A DNA stretch of 64,000 nucleotides from Mizuhopecten yessoensis (Eukaryota): the NCBI RefSeq assembly GCF_002113885.1, contig NW_018407065.1, positions 2,570,682 to 2,634,681 on the forward strand, given 5' to 3'. The position numbers and the translations under genes were made by a program. The notes below the pieces were generated by a model that made no database searches, was not told where the DNA came from, and saw only the letters and a program-made list of their open reading frames with translations. This document shows positions 40,601 to 51,890 of this stretch, piece after piece. The first letter of the stretch is position 1. Each line of letters opens with the position of its first letter.

Positions 40601-43600
40601 TAAATATGTGTCAAAGGTATGTTTTGTATACAAGTATGTAGTGTCTCACAAAATGTACTGGTATGTTGTGTCTCACAAAATGTACTGGTATGTTGTGTCT
40701 CACAAAATGTACCGGTATATAGTCTCTACACAACATACAGGTATATAATACTTTATGAAAAACATTACAAAACATTAATAGGAACAGCCAAAACAGTTTG
40801 ATTTGTTGCCGAAGGTGATAACATTGGATAGTCATTTATATATTTATAGTTTCAACATCCTTTATAATGTGATCATTTTACAGAATCGGCCGGACATGCC
40901 ACCCGAGGATATCGTTTCCCTACAGGTAGCGCTGATTAACTTGGCACTCAAATGTTACCCAGATAAGACAGAATATGTGGACAAAGTGCTGGAGACAACA
41001 GAGGAAATATTCAATCGACTCAACCTTGACCAGTACGTATGACATTCATATTCTGTTGTTCGTTGTTGTGAGTAAACGAGGGACTATTCTGTGTTGTGAG
41101 TTAATGGGGGACTATTTTGTGTTGTGAGTTAATGGGGAATTATTTTGTGTTGTGAATTAACGAGGGACTATCCTGTGTTGTGAGTTAATGGGGGACTATT
41201 CTGTGTTGTGAGTTAATTGGGGACTATTCTGTATTGTGAGTTAATGGGGGACTATTCTGTGTTGTGAGTTAATGGACCATTCTGTGTTGTGAGTTAATGG
41301 GGGACTATTCTGTGTTGTGAGTTATCGAGGGACTATTCTGTGTTGTGAGTTGATGGGGGACTATTCTGTGTTGTGAGTTAACGAAGGACTATTCTGTGTT
41401 GTGAGTGAATTAGACTATTCTGTGTTGTGAGTTAATGGGAGACTATTCTGTGTTGTGAGTTAATGGGGGACTATTCTGGCATTGTGAGTGAATGGAATTA
41501 TTCTGTGTTGTGAGTTAATGGGGGACTATTCTATGTTGTGAGTTAATGGACCATTCTGTGTTGTGAGTTAATGGGGGACTATTCTGTGTTGTGAGTGAAT
41601 TGGACTATTCTGTGTTGTGAGTTAATGAGGGACTATTCTGTGTTGTGAGTTAACGAGGGACTGTTCTGTGTTGTGAGTTAATGGGGGACTATTCTGTGTT
41701 GTGAGTTAATGGGGGACTATTCTGGCATTGTGAGTGAATGGAAATATTCTTTGTTGTGAGTTGATAGGGGACTGTTCTGTGTTGTGAGTGAATGGGACTA
41801 TTCTGTGTTGTGAGTTAACGAGGGACTATTCTGTGTTGTGAGTTAATGAGGGACTATTTTGTGTTGTGAGTTAATGGGGTACTATGCTGTGTTGTGAGTT
41901 AACGAGGGACTATTCTGTGTTGTGAGCTAACAAGGGACTATTCTGTGTTGTGAGTGAATGGGGGACTATTCTGTGTTGTGAGTGAATGGGACTGTCTTGT
42001 GGTGTTAGTTCACAGTCCTCCATTTTGCTGATTGCTTTAATTTACCTCCTAATTTTCACCTGTATGAAAATTTACCTTTGCTAACAGAAGCTTAACTTCT
42101 GTTCACCCCAGTCTGGAGCATGGCAGTCCAGTTTCCAAGGAGTTGATGCGGCTGATGAAGATCCCGGTGGACAGCTACAACAACGTGCTCACTGTGCTCC
42201 AGCTTGGACACTTCGGACCGCTGTTTGAATACTTTGACTTCAAGAGCAGAAAAATCATGAGTTGCTACATCATCAATAATGTGCTGGAAAATGACACATT
42301 CATACCAACACAAGAGAATGTGAGTTTGACACACATTGCTTGCACACACACAAACAAACAAAATTGTTCAAAATATTTTTTTATTTCCGCATATAGTGGT
42401 TTATTTTTCTATTTGTATAATTCTCTTCTGGCTATTTCATTTACATCTTACCATGTTATGATATCCCAACCCCATGGTGTAACCGGTTACAGGATTGACT
42501 AGCCCCAGTTTCCCTGTAGCATGGACTGTAATTTAATTGGCTAGTTTTAGCTTCCCTGCAGTATAAACTGTAACTAGATTGGCTAGTTCTAGATTATTTG
42601 CATTGTAAACTGTCACTTGATTGGCAAGCCCTAGCTTTCCTGCAGTATAAACTGCTATAGAGTTGACTAGCTCCTATTAAACTGTTTTTAGACTGGTTAG
42701 TTCTAGCTTCTGCACAATATGAAACCTCACTTAATTTGCTAGTCCCTAGCTTCTCTACAGTAGAAACTGTTTTATTTTTGGCTTTGACTAACATCCCTGA
42801 AATATAAACTGTTCCCTGATTGACTAGCCCCAGTTCTCAGTAGTGTGATTTGTTAGTTGGTTGACTAGCCAATGCCTGTTGTTTTATCCTACCAATAAAA
42901 ATTCTATGACACTCACTTTTCCAGGTTGACAGTATCCTGAACATTGTAAATGTGCTAGTGCAAGACCAGAATGACCAGCCCGAAGAACCAGAAGATCCTG
43001 AGGATTTCGCAGAGGAACAAGGCATTATGGGAAGATTCATATATCTCTTACAAGCGGAGGACCTCAACCAACAATATCTGGTAAGATTTAACACCGCCTG
43101 CACATATGGCAGAAAGCGTAACCAGAACCTCCACAATGTTAATAATGGAACTCACACAGTATTCACTCTATATACACTAAACTCTAAAGTAAATGTGTAA
43201 AATAGCTACCATACAGTAGCATATAATATACTGTAGAACCATGAAATTTCATTCAAAACCAACAAAATTGAAACACACACAAAAAACTTGACACAAAACT
43301 ATGTTTTTCAATTGATAATATGTATGTACTATGAGAATCCTGTCACAACTACCCCTCCCCCCTTTTTTTTTTTTTACTTTATGCTAAGAAGTTTTACCCC
43401 AACAAATTCAATGGTTTTACTATAGACCATAAAATAAACATGTAGAATAGACACTATGTTTGGTATCCTCTGAATAATAATAATATTTCCCTTAGATCCT
43501 GAACACGGCCAGAAAACACTTTGGCAGTGGCGGTGACCAGAGGATCAAGTTCACCCTTCCACCCATTGTGTTTGCTGCTTACAGACTGTCTATGAGATAT

Positions 43601-46600
43601 CAGGACCTTCAGGAAGAGGTCAGAGACTTTTCTTTGTAGATTTATTGACCAATAAGGTCATACAAGATTGCTGAAATTTCATAATGCGCTGTTCTCACCT
43701 TTGAATTGGAAGAGTTCAAATGTGTCTTCTGGGGGGAATGAGTTAACATCAGTTTGATACATCATCAAATGTCCCGGCAAAACATTGTTTGAAGCACAAT
43801 TGCCCATTGGTCAGTTAGATATTTGATTTTACAGATTTCCTGCAAATTATTAAGCAACTAGCCAACTATCCACACTTCCATACTGGTACTAGTAGTTTCA
43901 TATAGTCAAGTCTCATCAATCCACCCACCATTAATCCAGTTGTCCCAATTTCAGCTAGTGTTTTAGGGGACAGTTTATATTCTTTCTATACAAAACTATC
44001 TTGGTAAGCCAGGTCTTCTAAATACAGCCTTTTTTTGCTAATACTATGAATATGCCTGTATGGGCCTCCGCTATAAAAAAAATAATTTGTGGGATGATGA
44101 CATTCTTTTTTCTTATACATGTACAAGTATCTCAATATATTTAAATAAATAAAAAATATTTCCCTCCCCAAAAAGGACCTGCACATTATACATGAGTGCT
44201 CGCAATATGCGAATATCAAATCACCTTCACTCCAAGCTAAAGTGGAAAGATTGTGAAGCGGACAGTGAAGTTTTTGAAAAGAAAAAGGGAAATATTGGTT
44301 GGATAGTGGGATGACTGGATCTGTACAGTAAACAAAGTATCATTATTAATATTTATGTACATAATAGTTTCAGCATTTTGTTATCAAAACTAGAAAAAAT
44401 CAAATCAAAAATGTAATGTTTGACAGTGTTGGTTTATTAGGTCACCTGAGCTTTAGCTCAAGTGACCTATTGCTATCCGTTTTCGTCCGTCGTCGTCCGT
44501 CGTCCGTTAACATTTTACATTTCAAACTTAAAGTCAAGTTCTGCCGGGCCGATTGAACTGAAAGTTGGTAGGAATGATCGCCTCATGGTCCTGACAAAGT
44601 GTTGTTATTTTTCGGGTCGATCAGAAATCCAATATGGCCGCCACGGCCGCCATTTTGAAAACCTATTTCAAACTTAAAGTCAAGTTCTGCTGGACCGATT
44701 GAACTGAAAGTTGGTAGGAATGATCGCCTCATGGTCCTGACAAAGTGTTGTTATTTTTCGGGTCGATCAGAAATCCAATATGGCCGCCACGGCCGCCATT
44801 TTGAAAACCTATTTCAAACTTAAAGTCAAGTTCTGCTGGACCGATTGAACTGAAAGTTGGTAGGAATGATCGCCTCATGGTCCTGACAAAGTGTTGTTAT
44901 TTTTCGGGTCGATCAGAAATCCAATATGGCCGCCACGGCCGCCATTTTGAAAACCTATTTCAAACTTAAAGTCAAGTTCTGCTGGACCGATTGAACTGAA
45001 AGTTGGTAGGAATGATCGCCTCATGGTCCTGACAAAGTGTTGTTATTTTTCGGGTCGATCAGAAATCCAATATGGCCGCCACGGCCGCCATTTTGAAAAC
45101 CTATTTCAAACTTAAAGTCAAGTTCTGCTGGACCGATTGAACTGAAAGTTGGTAGGAATGATCGCCTCATGGTCCTGACAAAGTGTTGTTATTTTTCGGG
45201 TCGATCAGAAATCCAATATGGCCGCCACGGCCGCCATTTTGAAAACCTATTTCAAACTTAAAGTCAAGTTCTGCTGGACCGATTGAACTGAAAGTTGGTA
45301 GGAATGATCGCCTCATGGTCCTGACAAAGTGTTGTTATTTTTCGGGTCGATCAGAAATCCAATATGGCCGCCACGGCCGCCATTTTGAAAACCTATTTCA
45401 AACTTAAAGTCAAGTTCTGCTGGACCGATTGAACTGAAAGTTGGTAGGAATGATCGCCTCATGGTCCTGACAAAGTGTTGTTATTTTTCGGGTCGATCAG
45501 AAATCCAATATGGCCGCCACGGCCGCCATTTTGAAAACCTATTTCAAACTTAAAGTCAAGTTCTGCTGGGCCGATTGAACTGAAAGTTGGTAGGAATGAT
45601 CGCCTCATGGTCCTGACAAAGTGTTGTTATTTTTCGGGTCGATCAGAAATCCAATATGGCCGCCACGGCCGCCATTTTGAAAACCTATTTCAAACTTAAA
45701 GTCAAGTTCTGCTGGGCCGATTGAACTGAAAGTTTGTAGGAATGATCGACTCATGGTCCTGACAAAGTGTTGTTATTTTTCGGGTCGATCAGAAATCCAA
45801 TATGGCCGCCACGGCCGCCATTTTGAAAAACTATTTCAAACTTAAAGTCAAGTTCTGCTAGGCCGATTGAACTGAAACTTTGTAGGAATGATTGACTCAT
45901 GGTCCTGACAAAGTGTTGTTATTTTTCGGGTCGATCAGAAATCCAATATGGCCACCACGGCTGCCATTTTGGAAAACTATTTCAAACTTAAAGTAAAGAT
46001 CTACTTGGCCGATTGAACTGAAACTTTGTAGGAATGATCGAATCATGGTCCTGACAAAGTGTTGTTATTTTTCGGGTCAATCAGAAATACAATTTGGCTG
46101 CCATGGCCGCTATTTTGCTACTAAGTTCTAATAGGCCGATCTCACTTAAAATTGGTCTAGGAATGATCAGCTCATGGTCCTGACAAAGTTAAGTTAACAT
46201 TATACTATTTTTTACTCAAATTGGTACATATTTCAACAACAAAAATAAATACTGTAGACTCAGGTGACCGTTTAGGCCCATGGGCCTCTTGTATGGAATA
46301 CTTTCTGTCATAAGACATTGTATTTCCCCCATTACAGCAAGTTGTTTTGTTACAGGATGAGAACTGGGAGAGGAAATGTCAGAAGATTTTCCAGTTCTGC
46401 CACCAGACGATAGGGGCTCTGATCAAGGCAGACATGGCAGAAATCCCGCTCAGATTGTTTCTCCAGGGTGCTATGGCCGCTGGACAGATTGAGTTTGAAA
46501 ATCATGAAACAGTGGCATATGAGTTTATGTCTCAAGTAAGTAACTTTTTACTTAATTTCGCTAATATGGGAAATAGAATAAGGAAATTTCATTCTGTGTT

Positions 46601-49600
46601 TAGGAAAATTGGGAGAGTCTACTCGGGTAATATAATGCACAAAATGATAACATAGTAATTTTTTTCTCATGTTTTTCATGCCTGCCATGAAAGGGAAGGG
46701 GGACATTTGGCATTACCTATGATTTTACGTCAGTCCCATTTATGCTTTATCACATTAACTTTTCTTTTTGCTTGACAAAGTTATATAAAAGTATTCAGTA
46801 CACAGATATTTAAGGTCGTAGATCCAAGGTGAAGGTTGCTGTTATTACGATAACATTTCTTTGTCACCTCTTCTCTACCATCCTCGATATTCGAGGGGTT
46901 ACACTCAATTTCACTCTCAATACCCATGTTATATGTCATAGCAAAATTGAAGGTTCAGTGTGGGCCAACTTGTGGATGAGACAAGAAGACTAATTTGATC
47001 CCTTCGTTGATGGATGGAAGGCCTGGGAAGAGCATTTTTGTCTCTCATACATTGTTTAGTATTTTTGTGAAATTTGTTGGTTGAGGATCTTCAATGTAAT
47101 ATTGTATTTTACTCCTAGACATTAGGAATAAAATTGGCTTTAAAAGGGCAAAGAACTCCTTGAATGACATAACCACATAGGGGCAAGCAATATTCCTATG
47201 ATATTGTGGAGACTGTATTACAAAATACCAATATCACAATTTATTCTTGACCTTACATGTTCTATTTCCTCAGGCATTCTCGCTTTACGAGGATGAAATC
47301 AGTGATAGCAAAGCACAGCTAGCAGCCATCACCCTCATCATTGGAACACTGGAGCAGATGTCCTGCTTTGGGGAGGAGAACCACGAGCCCCTGAGGACCC
47401 AGTGTGCCCTGGCCGCTTCCAAACTTCTCAAGAAACCAGACCAGTGCCGTGGGGTGTCAACCTGTTCACACCTGTTCTGGTCGGGTAAAACCTCGACCTC
47501 CGATGGTCCGGTATGATCACAATTTTTACTTTTTAAATCCAAAAATATTCAAAACCTATTTAATTCAGAAATATTTAGGTTTGTTTCATTTTTAAGCAGC
47601 TCTTGGCGAGAGCCGAGCGGCTTATTAATTCTGTCCAGAGAACGAAATGACGGACCCACTTCCGTTCGGGGTGCGTGCGCATATTATAGTCTTGCATGCT
47701 TCCGCTATATAGTTTCGTTATCGTAAATAGAAAGTAGAATCTCTGACACTCACATGTGGGTTACATAAAGTCTTCTGATACTCTTATCCAAATAATAATC
47801 CATACTTTAAATAATTGCCGAAAACATAATGTTTATCTCCGGTGCATTCTACGAGCGTTGTGGTGGTGAAATTCATGCACTGAGTTTGAGCGTTTTAGCA
47901 ACTCGGATTGAGGTCTGAGGAGGTTTACGCGTGTGAAACACATATGATTCGAGAAAGCACATGTGAAGACTATCAAGCATTGATGCTGTCTGTATAAGGA
48001 GGAAGTAAATATATATGCTTATAAACCGTTTGAGTATTTTCAAGTATAACCTTTATTTTGATGTTTCAAACGGGAACGTAATATGACATATCGTGCTTAG
48101 GTTGATAACGGTAATCGCTTTGAGACGAGACGATATGTGAACCGTGTATGCTTATCAAACATTTCTGTAACACAGCATGGTTTTTCTAGTGTATTTAGTT
48201 TGAAAATGTAACAATTTAAGAACATGACACAACTGCAGCTGCTGTTTGACAAGAATTCGCGCCGTTTCAAAATATTATCCAATTCGGTGTAAGGGAAATA
48301 ACTCTTACGTTGGTAAAGTCTCATTGAGAAATATAATTCATTCAATAACAGTTAATAAAGTCACTACATATATTATAATTATTATTAATATGAATAAAAA
48401 ATAAATAAAAATAAAAGGAGAACACCCTTCATTTCACAAGCACAAAATGCACCTATTCTCTATTATCCATTCACCGATTGCCATTATGCACGTAAATGCT
48501 CATGTCACATCATCGGAGGATGCTAATTAATGAAAATTACAACAATGCGTCGCCATTAAAGAGGGTAAAAAAAGAGGAGAGGGAGAATTTTTTTAAGGCA
48601 TCATTTAAGAGGTGATTGATTTTGGAAATTCCAAAGGCAACATCATCACATGACCTGATTTTCAATTAGCAGAATACCGAACACATATCTGAGGTATTAT
48701 AGTAGATATTGATGCTCAACGTGTTACTGAAGCAATTCAATTTAAAGTGGTGAGCGGCTTTAATGTCACACTGACATAATTCTAGTTTCAATTTTCATTT
48801 TCAATTTATTTTTATTTATTTTTTAAAGCAGATATGCTAACATATTCTGAGGAATATCCTGTTGAAACATTTATTCTAGGAAATTTAAGAATAATGTACA
48901 AGTATTTCAAAAAAATTTGAAATTTGTTTACACATTGTGTTTTCCAGATGCAGGATGGAAAGAGAGTTGCAGATTGTCTGAAGAAAGGAGTGAAGATAGC
49001 TAACCAGTGTATGGACGACTCGGTACAGGTCCAGCTTTATGTGGAACTGCTAAACCATTATATATACTATTACGAGAGAGGCTGTGACCAGGTAAGTCCT
49101 GTTAATGTTTGTATTACTGCTAAACCATTATATATCTACTAGGAGAGAGGCTGTGACCAGGTAAGTCCTGTTAATGTTTGTATTACTGCTAAACCATTAT
49201 ATATACTACTACGAGAGAGGCTGTGACCAGGTAAGTCCTGTTAATGTTTGTATTATTGCTAAACCATTATATATATACTACTACGAGAGAGGCTGTGACC
49301 AGGTAAGTCCTGTTAATGTTTGTTTTACTGCTAAACCATTATATATACTATTACGAGAGAGGCTGTGACCAGGTAAGTCCCGTTAATGTTTGTATTACTG
49401 CTAAACCATTATATATACTACTACGAGAGAGGCTGTGACCAGGTAAGTCCTGTTAATGTTTGTATTACTGCTAAACCATTATATATACTACTATGACTGA
49501 GGCTGCAACCAGGTAAGTCCTGTAATACTTGTATTACTGCTTAATTGTTTAGGAAGTAAAACATTTTCTATGCACTAGCCTTAATGTTACAATAACTGCA

Positions 49601-50811
49601 GCTAAGCTGTTGTTTGATATAATTTTCATCTGATTCTAAACGTATTACAACAGGTCGCAGGTTCGAGGCCTACGTGGGGCAGTCGCCAGGTACCGGCCTT
49701 AGGTTGCTGGTTTTTTCTTGTCAACCAAAACCTGGCACGTCCTTAATTGACCCTAGCTGTTAATAGGACGTAGAACACAAACAAACAACTGTTCTGCCTT
49801 TAACCTTTCGCTTAGTACATGTACTATAAATTGTAATACATAATACTTACAACTACCTATTTTGGTTCTTTTTATATGAACATATTTTATAGCTTGTTAC
49901 TTTTTATATACCCATCATGGAATATTTTATGGTATGGAGGGCATCTGTTTGTCCACCCACACTTTGTTTCTCTGCAAGATAACTTACTTTGATAATATTC
50001 AATTTTGATGAAACTGAGTAAGCACATACAACATACAAAGACTAAAAGCCTTTGTTTAAAGAAGAATAAAAATGTGTGCATAATTATTTTGCAAACTGTG
50101 CTCCGATTGGTCAACAGTTTCGGCACTACAACATTCAAATATGACCGCATTCTGATGAAAATTGGTCAATATTTATACTCTAAACAAAAGCCAGGGTCAA
50201 ATTTGAGTGAAATCTGTCTGTGGTTAAACAGTATTCAGGAATTTCATTTATTTTCATACTTATAGTTTAATAGAGTAACGGAGCATTAAGAGGCAGTCCC
50301 TATACAATTAAGAGTTTCTAAAGGTATTAAAGGACATAACACATATATATTCCTTCCACTAGCTCTCAAGTCATGTACAGTAAAACCTTGTTATAACGCC
50401 ACACTTTGTCTGAAAAAATGTTGGTATTATAAAGGGGTTTGGCAATAAATTGAAGGAAACATAAAGTAGTTCTTTAAAAAAAGACATATATGGACAGTGA
50501 AATATATTGGTGCTAAACGGGGGGAAATGAATTGATTGTTTCGCCCTGTTGGTACTTTTGTAAATTGTATGTGTCTGAAATTTACTCTGGGTTGATATAA
50601 CAAAGCGAAAACTGTTCTTTATCTTTTTCAGATCACTGTGCAGGTGTTGAACCAACTAATAACAAAAATAAAAGAATTAATACCGAACCTAGAAGCCAAC
50701 GAAGAAACAGAACAAATAAACAAACATTTTCAAAACACAACAGAACATTTACAACTAAGGAAAAATAATCCGGAGGCTGATGGTCCTTCCTACGAGGCTC
50801 TGACGGTATGA
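31683..50811 (+). CDS. VPS35: Vacuolar protein sorting-associated protein 35 (retromer cargo-selective subunit), 17 exons, 798 aa
   Basis: Exons: 31683-31685 (ATG only), 32026-32127, 33052-33148, 33380-33503, 34206-34391, 34678-34894, 35575-35658, 37084-37193, 37847-37943, 40884-41032, 42112-42319, 42925-43080, 43496-43618, 46356-46535, 47274-47510, 48948-49091, 50632-50811. Total 2397 nt, in frame. Motifs: [73 protein letters not shown]. Confidence 0.98.
33149..33379 (+). other. U12-type (minor spliceosome) GT-AG intron, VPS35 intron 3
   Basis: 5' splice site GTATCCTTAC. Branch site TCCTTGAC at 33360-33367, ~13 nt upstream of the AG. Frame is restored (T|AT = Tyr). Confidence 0.92.
35735..36860 (+). 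mobile_element. Nested HINE-like elements in VPS35 intron 7 (inner element ~35857-36522)
   Basis: The inner element begins TTAGCTCACCTGGTCCG...AGGTGAGCTT and ends AGGTGAGTGATACAGGCCCTCTTGTT. It interrupts an older repeat (GTTCCCCATGG units on both sides). Confidence 0.6.
38128..38170 (-). ncRNA. Minimal type I hammerhead ribozyme (Penelope-like element type)
   Basis: Reverse complement: TTGTC-CTGAAGA-A-GCCC-ACTGTTC-GGGC-GAAAC-CG-GTA-GACAT. Both core boxes, 4-bp stem II, palindromic mini stem III (ACCGGT), GUA cleavage triplet and stem I UGUC/GACA are present. Confidence 0.85.
38459..39046 (-). CDS. Intronless 195-aa protein with two C2H2 zinc fingers, carried by the insertion and antisense to VPS35
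   Basis: [22 protein letters not shown] and [22 protein letters not shown]. First ATG at 39046 (the ORF track starts at an upstream TTG). No stops or frameshifts; acidic Ser/Thr-rich C-terminus. Confidence 0.7.
   Translation of the reverse strand: MANTKQTTCRKPNTTGRKLSLPCIRCGKTYTNLRNLRRHADIAHGLIQTWYKCKLCKRTYGREETYKKHLKDKHPGYHVEPEMFEDRTKEQATKPDNKRPFEALTKKQLDQVKFRIKPGHGMSTIGPPCKQFRPVLDETLELLKADLELSESEDTASTPNTSEGDHAIVDYKTLGYKSLSTSTVCQDEREHYNLG
39677..39719 (+). ncRNA. Minimal type I hammerhead ribozyme, second copy, in the sense orientation of VPS35 pre-mRNA
   Basis: TCGTC-CTGAAGA-A-GCCC-ACTGTTT-GGGC-GAAAC-CG-GTA-GACAT, followed by AATAAA at 39723-39728. Confidence 0.82.
41080..41995. repeat. 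~28-bp minisatellite (CTATTCTGTGTTGTGAGTTAATGGGGGA) filling VPS35 intron 10
   Basis: About 30 tandem variant units. Confidence 0.92.
44437..46292 (+). mobile_element. HINE/Helentron-associated element with an internal array of ~11 x 146-bp satellite units (44521-46190), VPS35 intron 13
   Basis: 5' subterminal IR AGGTCACCTGAG...CTCAAGTGACCT, (GTCC/GTC)n microsatellite, unit starts at 44521, 44667, 44813 and onward, and 3' end CTCAGGTGACC...AGGCCCATGGGCCTCTTGT. Confidence 0.88.
47592..48788 (+). mobile_element. Probable Helentron-type non-autonomous element in VPS35 intron 15
   Basis: 5' TTAAGCAGCTC...GAGCGGCTTA inverted repeat and a 3' GAGCGGCTT followed by hairpin ATGTCA-CAC-TGACAT and CTAGTTT. 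Confidence 0.5.
49046..49542 (+). repeat. ~70-bp tandem repeat (7 copies) spanning the 3' end of VPS35 exon 16 and its donor
   Basis: Unit ACTGCTAAACCATTATATATACTAYTACGAGAGAGGCTGTGACCAG|GTAAGTCCTGTTAATGTTTGTATT. Confidence 0.95.
49650..49790 (+). mobile_element. 5'-truncated copy of the 13.8-kb SINE family
   Basis: GGTTCGAGG...GTGGGGCAGTCGCCAGGTAC...AAAACCTGGCACGTCCTTAA...TAGGACGT...(AAAC)n, matching 13905-14050. Confidence 0.75.
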
Positions 50812-51214
50812 GGACAACACGCAGCAGGAGATAGGGCTTCAACAGCTTACTAGGACACGGAAGTCCTTAAAGGACAATACCGTGTGATGAAGGACCACAA
50901 AAAAAGGAAAATTTCATTCAGTTGATAAACCATATTTAATGGGAGAGACCATGGACTTTTTTTGTCAAGTCGGAATGACCTAGTCATGTACAACATACAC
51001 CTGTACAATTAAGGGAGGACTTAGCAGAGATATTCTATTGCTGTCATATATACTAGAGCTTGTTATTGTAACACTTTGGTTAGGTAATACTGTACCTACC
51101 ATATTAAGTAATTTACAAGTGACTGTTGGAGTGGCGAAAGTGTATCAAGTCATCTGATGTGATGTTACTGTGTTGTCATAGTCGTAAATGTGCTCACAAT
51201 GTTGTTACTTAACT

Positions 51215-51890
51215 GAATATGTACTGGACATAAGCCATATATGTACTGGTCAGTCCATATATATGTGTATGGTCAAGCCATATATGTATTGGTCAGTCTA
51301 TATATATATGTGTATGGTCATGCAATATGAGTACTGGTCAGTCCATATTGATGTGTATGGTCAAGCCATATTAGTAAAGGTCAGTCCATATCTATGTGTA
51401 TGGTCAAGCCATATTAGTAAAGGTCAGTCCATATCTATGTGTACTGGATGTACAAACCATATGTTTACTGGTCAGTCCATATTTATGTGTACTGGTCACT
51501 TCATATCTATGAGTACTGGTCAGTTGATATTTATTTGTACTGGTCAATCCATATGTGTCTTGGTCAGTTCATATGTGTATTGGTAAATCCATATTTATGT
51601 GTACTGGTCAATCCATATCGGTCTGTTGTTACATGTACGTAAGTACCCAAGACTGAATATATACAGGTTCATTTAACTGTATAACACTTATTATAATCAG
51701 ACAAATAGTGTCTGAATATGACTGTAGGATTTCTTTATTATTGCCATTTTTTTCCATTTTTCAAACCCTTTAAAGGTACTCTCACAAGTAGACTTAAAAT
51801 ATCTCTTTATATGGGTACTTTCACAAGTAGACTTAAAATATCTCTTTATATGGGTACTTTCACGAGTAGACTTAAAATATCTCTTTATAG
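51215..51890. repeat. Degenerate tandem repeats (TGTACTGGTCAGTCCATAT-type, 51215-51620) and a 39-bp triplicate (51770-51890) in the probable VPS35 3'UTR
   Basis: Read directly. A candidate poly(A) signal AATAAA lies near 52847. Confidence 0.75.

Larger units (their letters stand above)
37936..40620. repeat. ~26-27-bp minisatellite (GTCGTACAGGTAAATATGTGTCAAAG) starting at the exon 9 donor and interrupted by the 38072-39888 insertion
   Basis: Units at 37936-38070 and 39889-40620. Most units reproduce the donor CAG|GTAAAT. Confidence 0.9.

Noticed and set aside
46536-47273. Second U12 intron suggested by TTCTTGAC near the acceptor
   Set aside because: The donor is canonical U2-type GTAAGT and a normal pyrimidine tract is present.
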